Part shown: positions 11,881 to 22,840 of the stretch, piece by piece | Layout: the number at the start of each line of letters is the position of its first letter | How positions within the stretch are numbered: the first letter of the stretch is position 1 | Assembly: GCA_965649765.1 (NCBI GenBank) | Contig: OZ287752.1 | Location: 21,328,001-21,392,000 of the forward strand | Length of the DNA: 64,000 nt | Reading direction: 5' to 3' | DNA from: Bispira polyomma | Taxonomy: Eukaryota | Translations under genes and position numbers: made by a program | The notes under the pieces: model-generated | What the model saw: only the letters and a program-made list of their open reading frames with translations | Databases searched by the model: none | Told to the model about the DNA's origin: nothing

Positions 11881-14800
11881 CAGTGTCCAGGGTTTCAGAT
11901 ATCAGCAAGTTAATTTAACAAGACAAGACAGGGAGTGCGGTTAAGAATAGTTTATTAACACTGTGTTAATATATATATGCAGTTTTGTAAGATAGGCACA
12001 TGTTCACCTTAAATGAAGGTTAAGGTTAACCTTAAGTTGAGTCAAATGTCATCCTACAGGTGAGGGTTGACATTAAAGTGAGTTACAGGTCACCCTACAT
12101 TGAGTTTAAGAAGTATAAATTCAAATGACTTTAAATGAAATGATTTTACCATGTTGAAAACTATGAGGTAACGTGCGTAAGGTAAGCCCAAAGCGTTACT
12201 GGCCTCAGTGCTGGGGTACCAGACCAGAAAGTTGGAGAGGGGATTTTTGGCCCAGTATAAAAAGCGCCCACAATTGAAATTCTCCCGCCTTTCGAGTAGG
12301 GCCTGTTGGGGGATGGATTATATATACTGATATATTAACTTCAGCACCCTCCTCTTGGTCGTTTGCGGTTTAATGGACAGTTTAACATCTCAGCTGTTGT
12401 ATGAGGCTATGACAAACAATTAGTGATTGAACCTCGAGTGGTGAGGGTTGCTGTGGAGTCTGGATCATCCTGTGTTTTCTGGAATTCTCTGGATCATCAG
12501 TATATCTGGATCATCAAGTGGAGGTTCCGACTGCACCTATGTTCTATCAATGTAACATCAATTATTAAGAGTCCCCCGTTGTAATACTGTCACCCAAGGT
12601 TAATGTTGTGAGTGTAAAGTTTTTGACCATTTGATCATAATTATAGCATATCCTGGATTAAACATGAGGTCCGCTCTGGCCAAGTGTGCCAATGGTAAGA
12701 AAGTACTGGCTGAGTGGGGGCACAAGTTAGACATCCTGAGGAAGCTAAAAAGATTGTCAGATACAAAGCCTTAAACACGTGGTCCATGTACGTCAAGTCA
12801 CATTTTTGTACCAATCTTTTAAGCAGTGTAATGTCAAAAGACACTTCAATTTGGCTTGCAGAGGCCTATTAAGTAGTAATGCCCTGTTAAAGTAAGCAAA
12901 AGCTTTTATATCCATACTAAACAGTATACACTGGGCCTTAATCGCAGACAAATGGTTAGCTACTTGGGAAGCAGAGACATCATTTTGCACTAAAAATTCT
13001 AAATATGACAGAAATTGGAACGCATTCACCTTTAAAAGGGGCCAAGCCATAAAGACCCCAAAGGCTAAGAATAACTAGTACATTATTGGTACGCCTTGGT
13101 GGTGGAAGGAGCTTGGTGAGAACTGTCTGCACTGTATTTCTGTCTACAATTAGGAAATATAAACTGTCTAAATATTATGGTTTACTTTGAGTCTGATTTT
13201 ATTGTATTTATTTAAAAAATTGAAAATGTATTCATTAAAGTATTCATGAATATGAATACATTTGCAATGTATTCGAATAGGAATGCGAATACTTTGCCAA
13301 AAATAGAAATGTATTCGAATATGAATACGAATGCTTTAAAAAATGTATTTGAATGCATTCGCATACGAATGCAGAATACGAATACCCCATGCCTGCTTTG
13401 AGAATACTTTCATGGGTTGGCAACCACTGCACAGGCCCCGCCAGATAAAACAAAAGTGCATGATTGTCTGTAGTCTCCGTCCACCTGGACAGCAAATCTG
13501 CAATGGTATTCTTTTTACTCAGAATATGTATAACATTTAATTCAATATCCGACTGGCTAGCCAGCATGAATATATTTCTGCTATACCACTTCGCCATACA
13601 CTCACCATGGCTTGATTGTCACACTTAACAAGAACCCTTTGCCCCTGCCAGGTCTTAGCCGACAGTTTGACAGCGACTACAATATTTAACATTTCGAGGT
13701 ATGCGATATTATCATTTTGCATACTACTTTGTACTTTTATGTCATATACCTGGTTGCCATAGATTCCTCCCATACCCAACTCAATTTGAGCCGTTACCGG
13801 CTTATGGTGGAAAAAGAAGACCCCATTAACCCGATCTGTAAAGGTATGGAACCAATTCAGGTCACGTCTGAAATCCAGAGTAATTGGAAGTGGTTTTTGC
13901 TATAATTATTTCTTACAAGTTCTAATATCCGGATAAGGAAGACTTGTGCATACTTGATACATTTGGCTATATAAAAATTTATTCTGACGTACTGTCAGAC
14001 CAAGTTCAGTTAGTAACTCTTGCAATCTGTCATAAGATTTGTGTATTTTACTGGGTACCGATATTGATAAAAAATCAATGTAATTCTGTATCACATGACC
14101 CTCTGACCTCATTATTTAATCGTACAGCGTCTGACAGACGCTGAAAAATCGTGGATCCGTTTTGTTAGCCAAAGGGTATCGATTTATCGATATAGTAGGA
14201 TTTCTATTTCAAACCCAGGAGGTCAACATCACAAGGGTCGATAGGCTTGTGCCGGAACGCCCTGCTGACATCAACCTTATATATGAGACAGCTCTTTCTA
14301 CATTTCAACCCTTCTTAGGTTAACCCATCTATTGAAGGATACGAGAATATAAAGTCCGTGGGAGTAAACCCAAAGGAGAAATCACTTTGTGCTTCCCATT
14401 GTTGGAAAGTCTTGTCCCCTTTGGCCTTTGATATCAAACTCATTTTATTTCTTTTCACCTTCAGTTTACCACAATACTTGTCCTCAGCTACAATGCACTC
14501 AGCATGTTCATTGTTACTCCAATTCCGCTTTCTCTTTTGTCTGATACTTGTTGTGGCCGGTTTAGGAGAGACTATTGTTTTCCCCATGCTGTCACTGCTT
14601 TCACACCTTTTATCAGCTGGGGGGGCAAACCCATTGCTTGCCTGGCTGTCACTTTTACACATTTTACCAATTCGGAAGGCAAACCTAGGTGTGCCCGCCT
14701 GTGTGGTTATTGTTACATTTTTTACATTGTTAGTTTTATGTACAATGGCCCCTGCCACTTTTCTCTCACTGGTGCGACTTTGTTTCAAGTTGTCACCTTT

Positions 14801-16256
14801 TGGTGGGTTGTTTCTAATTCCCTTACCCATTTCAATTTTCTTAACTCCCATTTGATTTTGTCTACCTTCCTACCCATTTGACAGGCTATAACGCCTTGGT
14901 TTCCACCTTGTTTTTTAACCACGTCAGTACAATTGATACTTGGTTTTCTAACTTTCAAATATTGACACATTTTATTTACAACATTTTTATCCAAGACTTG
15001 AAAATCTCTGCAACTAGTGTTGTATATTACTCTATCATAGGTTTTCTTCGCCCTGTTTACATTTCCACTGCATTTTTGCAGTGGCCTCTAGTTTTTTAAT
15101 TTTTCTTGGTACAAGAATTTGTTTTATGTGCCCCTTCACACGTTTCACATATATACTTATAATATTGTCCCCCCGTTTTGTGGCTGGAAGGAAACTTACA
15201 GGTACCCTCTTGATAGAACTTAGACAACATTAACCCTGTTTTTGTTGCACTCGCTTTACTACCAGTAGAACCCTTTGTTCCTGAGCTATGCAACGTCCCA
15301 TTACTCATATGTCTCTGGGCATGTGCCCTTCGGATTCGATCGACCTTGTCAATGTCCACCCAATTTAGCCTATCTATTTCCATGTTGGTTAAAACCACTG
15401 CATGGCAAGCCTTGGCTGCCTCCCAGAAAAAATCCTGGGCATCCTCCATTAGGTTTGCCATGTAGTCCAACATGGCCGCTTTAATCTCGACATTTACTTT
15501 CTCCTGTATAATTTTTGTAAACCCGAAGACCCACTGAGCCAAGGTGAGATCATCATTTGAGTGTCTAGCTTTAAGAGTTCCCGATAAAACGTGATTCTGA
15601 GGTCATTCGACCACTCTTTTCACAAACACGCTTGAGTTGCCCCCACATTGCGAAATGGTTCCCTGAGCCATAGCTCAATCTGAGCCTTAATTTTAATGTT
15701 TTGTTTAAGGAAATTAATACTCGGGATAATACTCAACTCGCTACTTGGTTGGCCGTCGCCAGAGTGTACAGAGGACACATTATATAAACCTATACTGGCC
15801 TGATCTTTTAAGGTGGTCGCCAACACCACATCCGTAAATTGCAACCTTTTGTCCATTTTTTTCAGCATTTTCGTCATGCTCATTAACTGATTCAAAATAG
15901 TATGAGAAACCTCACCATTTAATGTAGCACTAGACAGGATCAGCTTCCTCAGTAGGTAAGTCCAGCAACATAGGACAATTCTGACCTGTATGTTTCTGTA
16001 GACATTTACTACGGTGAACTAGCTTAACACGTGGCATGTTTAGATCAAGTTACAGATAAAATCTTAAAATAGGTAACAATTTAAAAGTTTAAAAGAGCTA
16101 AAGCCAGGCTATTAAAACTTGTTGTTCTGTACACTCCCCGACTCAAAAGGCGGAAGAATTTGGGCACTTTTTATATTCGGCCAAATATCCTCCTTCCCAC
16201 TTTCTAGTCTGGTACCCCAGCACTGAGACAAGTAACGCCGGGGCATTACCTTACAC
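11881..16256 (-). mobile_element. YR retrotransposon 1 (Ngaro-like gag/RT-RNaseH/YR), degenerate
   Basis: gag remnant 15096-16040 (MEDAQDFFWEAAKACHAVVL, CCCH finger); RT remnants (YKVDVSRAFRH, NYID); RNase H (LEMLN, CDN, ADLLSRW); YR remnants 12620-13143. Precisely interrupts the LINE. ~125-bp inverted repeats at 12175-12300 and 16135-16256. Confidence 0.9.
13240..13396. mobile_element. Short MITE-like insertion rich in GTATTCGAATA palindromes inside YR element 1
   Basis: Repeated GTATTCGAATA/GAATACGAA motifs with end CCCCATGCCTG; interrupts the end of the RNase H frame. Confidence 0.55.
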
Positions 16257-17785
16257 TATGGCTCCTTCACACCCCAAAATTGTTTCCAGGTCCTGTAAAA
16301 GCTTTCCAGCTGCCTCACATCCAATGAATCTTGCATGAATTATTTTAAAACAGAATTTCTACTCCAAACATCATCGGGAAAAGGTTCTAAAGTACTTTCC
16401 AGCAATTCTCCTCGATAACAGCACTGTTCCTGCTGACAGTGCCAAAAACCTGGGAGTTGCTATTGACTTTGATTTCTCCTGGGAGTTGCTATTGACTTTG
16501 ATTTCTCCTTTAAAAAACGTGCCTCCGACATCTGTCGATCCTGCCACTGCAATATCCATGACTTTTGTAAGATTCATCAGCACCTAATGCCATGGTCACA
16601 CTGAGCTTGTGATTCGCTTACGCAAATACAAATGACAAACGTAAACGCTGCATTAGCGTTTGCGTACCAAACGTAAAAACGTATGCTTGCATAAGACCAA
16701 AATGGACCAAAAATTGGAAATTTTAAAAAGTGTCTTTTTTTCGGACTGCTCGAAATTCCTTACGTTTTTGAAATTTTAACCATTTGCATAATGAACGGCT
16801 TTAAAACATAATTAAAACAAAATTGAAGCGCATTTTGCATAATTGGACGTGATTGAAGCGGCCCTAAACGTGTTACACAAGACGTTCCATTGGGTATGAG
16901 TCGTTTATTACACATTGCACCCGTTTTTATAGCAATTTCTGGTCAAAAATCAATATTTTCGTTTGACCCGTTATGCTTGGGTAGTGTACGCACACCCCAT
17001 TTGTTATTTCGTTAAACCCGCATGCTATTTTGTTCAACCCGTTTATCAAGCTGTTTAGTTTTTTTCATTAATTTCAATACGCTTCCATTTTGTTCACAAC
17101 GCTGTTACTTCATTTGATTCTCTTGAGTCGTCACAATTTTGTTTGTTTATTTTGTCGTGACGTATGCGGGTGCTTTTGTCATTTGCTCAATATGTCATCA
17201 AATGTGTCATCCGCTATTACGAGGCACCATGCTCTTGCATCATTTGAAATTTACAGTTTATTGTGCGGGGTAGACCCGCAGGGGCTAGTTAGTTCAGTGC
17301 TAACCGGTATTTTCCTTAACTTACACTCTGGGTTCATGACCTATCAACCCCTTTTCTTATTCGTCAGTGTGTACTAATTAACCCCACTTTTCCCGCTTTT
17401 TCCACAGAACCATCACTTTTTACATTGAAGTCAAATAGGCAACAACGCCATCTTTAAAATTTTACTTTTACTTTATGTTTATGTTTTATACTTACACTTT
17501 AATGTGGTTTTTATATGTACATGAACTCTGGAATGTTACCAAAGGATTTACTGTGATATGCTACAAACTAAGGAAGGAATCACGGACTTGCTGCTGTTTT
17601 ATGTGTCGACTCGCACTTTAGAGTCTTGCGAATATATGCTCGATCGAGCGCTAGTACAGGGACGTATCAATTCAAAATTGGCTTAATTGCTTCTTATTTT
17701 ACTCTTGAAGTTCACATCTATATTCTCCCTATAAATATATCCGCAGGTATCTAAGGTGCGCGTTCTTTGTGTTTACTTAGAGGCC

Positions 17786-18760
17786 ATGGCGCCAAGAAAA
17801 CAGTATGACTGTTCTAAATGTGGCTTTGCCCACGCGAAACCCATAGACGATAACTGTACCGGTAATACTTCAGTGGAAGAAGAGGTAGAAATGCAGAACT
17901 CTGTTCCTAGTGATGGTGTGACCTCAACCGAAATTAACTTGCAAATACTCACTGAACTGAAAGCTTTAAGTAGTCGGATTTCGAAGGTTGAAGAAAAGGT
18001 TGATCACAGGGAACATAGAGCCCAGTTCTCGGGGGCAACTCCGGGTCTGGATAGTCCTGTCCAGAAGTCCCAGGCAGCCCAGCTAGAGGAGTTATTGGTC
18101 CCGACCTTGCAGACCTTGAGAACATCCCAATCCCTGCAGACTGCTGTCGACTCACATTTAAAGGAGCTAGTCCAGATTAATGAATCAGGTACGTGCAAGT
18201 CACAACGTGGAGGCACAGAGACGGTTTGGGTTAAGAACAAAGTATCCTGGCCACAAAGTTACATACTAGGGGGACACAATAAATCTAGAGTCTCTTATGA
18301 CTCCCTTTCTATGTCTCAATGGGTGGCTGGTTTTGCCACCATTGCTAGGGAAGAGTCTGATGTTGATACTAAAAATAATATGTTAGAGTACTTAGCTGAT
18401 CTCATGGAAGACGCTCATGACTTTTCTTGGGCCTCTGCTAAGGGCAGCCATGCTGTGCTTTTGTGCAAGATGGAGGAAGGGAAAGTGTCGTGGGGAGATT
18501 CCCATAAGTTGGATCGAATAAGAAGGGCTCATGCTCAAAAGATAATAAGTCAAACTCAAACCAGTAATAGCAACCCCAAGAAAAGTCATGAGAAGCCCAT
18601 TCCTTGTAGATACTACCAAAAGGGTACTTGCCCTCACAAAGGTGAGCATGAGACTAGAGGAGTAACATACAGTCATGTCTGTAGTGAATGTCACAAAATT
18701 GGTCGCTCGTACTCTCATCCCAGTAAAGATTGTCGCAAAAGCTCAACAAAAAACGATTAA
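17786..18760 (+). CDS. Gag-like ORF1 of YR element 2 (N-terminal CxxC..H..C knuckle, coiled coil, C-terminal CCCH/CCHC fingers)
   Basis: Strong Kozak GCCATGG at 17786; CSKCGFAH...C; CRYYQKGTCPHKGEH, HVCSECH...HPSKDC. Confidence 0.9.
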   Translation: MAPRKQYDCSKCGFAHAKPIDDNCTGNTSVEEEVEMQNSVPSDGVTSTEINLQILTELKALSSRISKVEEKVDHREHRAQFSGATPGLDSPVQKSQAAQLEELLVPTLQTLRTSQSLQTAVDSHLKELVQINESGTCKSQRGGTETVWVKNKVSWPQSYILGGHNKSRVSYDSLSMSQWVAGFATIAREESDVDTKNNMLEYLADLMEDAHDFSWASAKGSHAVLLCKMEEGKVSWGDSHKLDRIRRAHAQKIISQTQTSNSNPKKSHEKPIPCRYYQKGTCPHKGEHETRGVTYSHVCSECHKIGRSYSHPSKDCRKSSTKND

Positions 18761-21303
18761 GGCACTGCAGTATTGCAGTGCCCGCTCTCTTATCTTCTGA
18801 AGCTGCAACAGACTGGGTCAACAAGGGTTATTCTGGTAAAGTGTCTAAGTTTCATACTAGAACTGTATATAGTAGTAAGGATCAGTATGGCAGCACTTGC
18901 TGGAAAACAGATTGGGCTAGGTATCAAAACAAGTCCTATGCTGATATTGTTAAAACAGGCAAACTTGTAAATAGTGATATCAATAGTAAATGTGTGAAAC
19001 CACTGTATAAACATGAATATATGTCGCATGTGTTGAAAGATGTAACCACCAACAAAATGTCAGGTGGAGCAAACAATGGATTTTTTCCCCGAAAAACCAT
19101 TACTCGTGTACAAAGACACAGGCCCAAAACCCTCAAATCACAAACCCATGTAGGCGCTCACAACCTAATTAATATCACTCGCCAGGAACCAACAAGGGTT
19201 TGTGCCAAGGTTAAATTTAGTCGCCTGAATAGCCCTGAGGGAGGGCAAGTAATCACTAATAAGTGTAAACCTGTCCACAAAATCCAAAAATGCCCCTCAA
19301 TCAACACACAACAATGGGTCACACCCACAAGTAACAAATTTGCACTCCTGCAGGACAATGGTTCCTCTGGGGGTACCCTGGCCAGTGATATTACCGACCG
19401 ACATGCTCCCAGTACTGATAATGGTTGTAGTACACGAGGCGCACAATTCCAAGCAAATACTAAAGTGAGCAAAAGTTGCAATGTACCTAAATTAGATAAG
19501 TATGACTTGGAATTGCAAGTAAAACCTAAAACACGGGATCTAATTAGAAAAGCAAAGGATGAACCCCAGTTCCAGCAGTGGAATGATCAAAACTCGGATA
19601 AATATGGTTTTATACCACTTGGTAAGCTTCGACTTCCCATGACAGATAAACGAGTTAAATCAAACAACACTTTGCTGGACTTACATAGCGTTATTAAAGA
19701 CCAGAACTGTCCCAATTTTATGGCCCCTCAGATAGAAATACAATCGGAATTAAATCCGGATGTTTGGGAAAAATACCTAGTCCATTATTGGGACAAACAG
19801 CTCCTATTCTTAATTCGCTACGGTTTCCCCCTTGACTTTCAAAAAGGCAGTAAGCTCTCGCACACAGAGAGAAATCACCAATCCGCGACCCAGTATCCGG
19901 ATGACATCAAGGCGTACCTAAACGAAGAAACAAAATTTGGTGCCATGCTGGGCCCCTTTGAAAGTGTTCCAATTAAAGACCTCCATATTTCACCCTTTAT
20001 GACTAGAGAAAAACCGGGTGGGGCTCATCGGCGAGTCATAGTAGACTTAAGTTTTCCACATGGAGAGTCGGTAAACTCGGCTGTAGCCAAGGACAACTAT
20101 TTGGATACTGCTTTTGCCCTCACCCTTCCCACTATTGATACTATTACTAGCAAAATTGCCTGTTTAGGCAGAGGAACGTTACTCTATAAAATTGACGTCA
20201 GTCGGGCGTTCCGTCACGTGAAGATAGACCCGGCTGACTACAACTTGTTAGGACTAAAATTGGGAAAATATTACGTAGACTCATTTCTACCCTTCGGATT
20301 TCGGCACGGGAGCGCCATTTTCCAACGCCTAAGTGACGCGGTTAGGTATATCATGCAAAATCATGGCTGTGACGTCACCAATTACATCGACGACGTAATC
20401 GGTTTTGGTGACATCACGGAAAGCAAGCGTTCATTTGACCTACTGTATAACCTATTACAAGAACTAGGTTTTGCTCTCAGTCACAAAAAACTGGTGCATC
20501 CCAGCAGTGCAGTCATATGTTTAGGTGTATTAGTCAACACGGTAGATCTAACAGTCTCCCTTCCGGATGAGAAACTACAGGACATCAATGCCCTAATTCA
20601 AGACTGGCAAAATAAAAAAGTATGTACTAAGCGAGAATTACAGTCCCTCTTGGGCAAACTTCTCTATATTTCAAAATGTGTAAGAGTCTCAAGGTTGTTT
20701 TTGAACCGCATGTTAGACGTCCTAAGATCAGTGGGAGCCAGTCAGAAGATTCAGCTCACACCAGAATTTTTCCAGGACATAAACTGGTTCACAAAATTTC
20801 TACCAAAATTTAATGGCAAAGCCTTCTTTGAGCATGAGCCTGCCACTGATTGTATTCAGTTAGACGCTTGCCTGCAAGGGTTGGGGGGGCGTTGTAACGA
20901 CGAAGTATATGAATTTTCTATTCCTCTAGGCTACCAAAATATGACCATAGTCCACCTTGAAATGCTTAATATCCTGGTGGCTATTAGGCTCTGGAAATCC
21001 ACCTGGGCAGGCAAAAGACTTGTAATTCAATGCGACAACGCTGCTGTAGTTATAATCTTGAACTCAGGCAAAACAAGAGACCTTACATTAGCAGCTATTG
21101 CCAGAAACATATTTATGGAGGTGGCTTCTGCTGACATTAGCCTTAAAACAATTCATATATTGGGTAGATTAAATACTGTGGCTGATCTGCTATCTAGATG
21201 GCACATCACCACAGCCAGTAACCAAAAGTTAGAAGAATTGATTCGTAACCCCCAATGGCTCAAGGTTCCACCTAGCATGCTAGAAATAGATTGGTCTATT
21301 TAA
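18730..21303 (+). CDS. Pol: reverse transcriptase plus RNase H of YR element 2
   Basis: KIDVSRAFRHV, LPFG, YIDD; RNase H LDACLQG, HLEMLN, CDN, ADLLSRW; no Dam-methylase domain follows. Confidence 0.95.
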   Translation: MSQKLNKKRLRHCSIAVPALLSSEAATDWVNKGYSGKVSKFHTRTVYSSKDQYGSTCWKTDWARYQNKSYADIVKTGKLVNSDINSKCVKPLYKHEYMSHVLKDVTTNKMSGGANNGFFPRKTITRVQRHRPKTLKSQTHVGAHNLINITRQEPTRVCAKVKFSRLNSPEGGQVITNKCKPVHKIQKCPSINTQQWVTPTSNKFALLQDNGSSGGTLASDITDRHAPSTDNGCSTRGAQFQANTKVSKSCNVPKLDKYDLELQVKPKTRDLIRKAKDEPQFQQWNDQNSDKYGFIPLGKLRLPMTDKRVKSNNTLLDLHSVIKDQNCPNFMAPQIEIQSELNPDVWEKYLVHYWDKQLLFLIRYGFPLDFQKGSKLSHTERNHQSATQYPDDIKAYLNEETKFGAMLGPFESVPIKDLHISPFMTREKPGGAHRRVIVDLSFPHGESVNSAVAKDNYLDTAFALTLPTIDTITSKIACLGRGTLLYKIDVSRAFRHVKIDPADYNLLGLKLGKYYVDSFLPFGFRHGSAIFQRLSDAVRYIMQNHGCDVTNYIDDVIGFGDITESKRSFDLLYNLLQELGFALSHKKLVHPSSAVICLGVLVNTVDLTVSLPDEKLQDINALIQDWQNKKVCTKRELQSLLGKLLYISKCVRVSRLFLNRMLDVLRSVGASQKIQLTPEFFQDINWFTKFLPKFNGKAFFEHEPATDCIQLDACLQGLGGRCNDEVYEFSIPLGYQNMTIVHLEMLNILVAIRLWKSTWAGKRLVIQCDNAAVVIILNSGKTRDLTLAAIARNIFMEVASADISLKTIHILGRLNTVADLLSRWHITTASNQKLEELIRNPQWLKVPPSMLEIDWSI
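18748..18782 (+). promoter_or_regulatory. Programmed -1 ribosomal frameshift signal (A AAA AAC, 6-nt spacer, 9-bp hairpin)
   Basis: The heptamer is in the correct gag phase (ACA AAA AAC GAT TAA), pol is in the -1 frame, and the stem-loop is GGCACTGCA-GTAT-TGCAGTGCC. Element 1 has the same layout (15065-15097, minus). Confidence 0.85.
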
Positions 21304-21311
21304 TTTTACAG

Positions 21312-22303
21312 ATGTACCCTCAAAGTTAAGACGTATAGCTACTCAAGCCTCACGCAGAACTCACCAAGCTTTTAGACCAGCCACTGAGCGGGCTTACACA
21401 AATATGTTTAGGATTTTCTTAGCCTTCTGCAGTTTTGCTCAGGTCAGGCCTCAGCTTATTTCTCCATTAATCATTCTGGCTTTCTTAGAAGTATTGGTGG
21501 TCAATAACGTTTCCTCTCCATCTATAGCCAATTACTTGTCGGCGATTAAAGCCAAAATGGCCCTATACGGCCTTGATGTGGGAGCTTTCGCAGATCTCAG
21601 AATTAAATATTACCAAAAAGCCTTAGTGTTAAACAGTCCCTTTAGGGCTAAAATAATAGCCATTATAGACATCCCACTTCTGCAACAAATTGTGCACACA
21701 TGTGATAGTATGTACATGGGGTTAGTTTTCAAAGCAGTGTACTTAATTGCATTCTTCTCCTTTTTAAGAATATCTAATTTGGTTCCTCATGCGGTTGGTC
21801 AATTCTCTCCTCTAGTACAACTAGCTCGGGGGGACGTGTTATTTGCCCCCCCTGGCCTTCATATCATAATAAAATGGTCTAAAACATTGCAGGCCAAAAA
21901 TGTCGTAAAAGTCCTGAAAATTCCCACATTGAATGGTTCACCCCTCTGCCCAGTGGCAGCCACAAGAATCTTGTTAGCAATTACCCCAGGACATAAAAAC
22001 TCCCCCCTCTTTCAATTCAAAAAAGCCCAAAAATGGTTTCCTATGATAGATTCCCAGATTAGAAAAAACCTCTCTCTCATACTTACCCGACTGGGTTTAC
22101 AGCAATCCCCCATATCCTTCCACACCTTCCGTCGTTCAGGTGCCACTTTAGCCTTTAACAGTAATGTACCAATCCAAGATATTCAGAGTCATGGCACCTG
22201 GACCTCGGATTGTGTGTGGAAGTATATCGTTCAGGACCACAATGCCTCTGACCAGGTGGCCCTGTCTTTCAAAGCTCTACTCTCCAACCCCACTACCTCC
22301 TAA
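21312..22303 (+). CDS. Tyrosine recombinase of YR element 2 (frame open from the splice acceptor at 21312; first ATG at 21404)
   Basis: Catalytic R (FLRISNL), K (WSKT), HxxR (HTFRRSG), HGTW and Y (VWKY). Confidence 0.95.
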
Positions 22304-22840
22304 TTGGGCTTTGGGGCTCTATTCCCACACCTTTTACAATATTAATATATACTTAAATGTTAAACATAAATCTTTTGGGCCACCTTACCACCTTATTTCA
22401 TCTTAAATCAATTCATTACATGTAATAAATATACTTTGGCAACCTTAACTGAAACTAAGGTTACCTCCTAATTCAAATTTTCAATCTACCTTACCTAACC
22501 ATAAGTTTTAGGCTAAGGTAACCTTAAACTCACTTTGAGGTAACCCTAACTTCAAGCTAGGGCTACCTTAAACTAAAAATTTTCCCAACCTTAATCTGAA
22601 AATCCTCAGGCTAAGGTCACCCTAAACTTTTTTCTCAGGTTAATCTCTTGGTGGTAGGGTGGCCCTCTTAACATAGTATGTAAATAAATGTTAGATATAA
22701 CATAGACGCATTAAACTAATATCCCCAACTCTGCCTTTTTACTTACCCGTGTCACATACCATATTAGCTTCTAGGGTAGGGCACTGTGCACGGAAGTTTT
22801 ATAAAACTTTATAACAGTTTTTGTCCCCCATTTGTAAAAA

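Larger units (their letters stand above)
17263..22789 (+). mobile_element. YR retrotransposon 2 (Ngaro-like, all three ORFs intact, no methyltransferase)
   Basis: gag, RT/RNase H and YR ORFs are open; the element is flanked by the direct repeat TGTGC; it sits between the Harbinger left end and its MADF gene. Confidence 0.92.

Noticed and set aside
14358-14881. Hydrophobic + strand ORFs resembling membrane proteins
   Set aside because: They are antisense shadows of the Lys-rich pol N-terminal region of YR element 1.
18730-21303. DGR, retron or LTR-retrotransposon RT
   Set aside because: No TR/VR pair, msr-msd, protease, DDE integrase or LTRs; the motifs fit YR retrotransposons.
21404-22303. 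Phage integrase, prophage or bacterial contamination
   Set aside because: The YR is linked to gag and DIRS-type RT/RNase H and is embedded among SINEs, LINEs and spliced genes.
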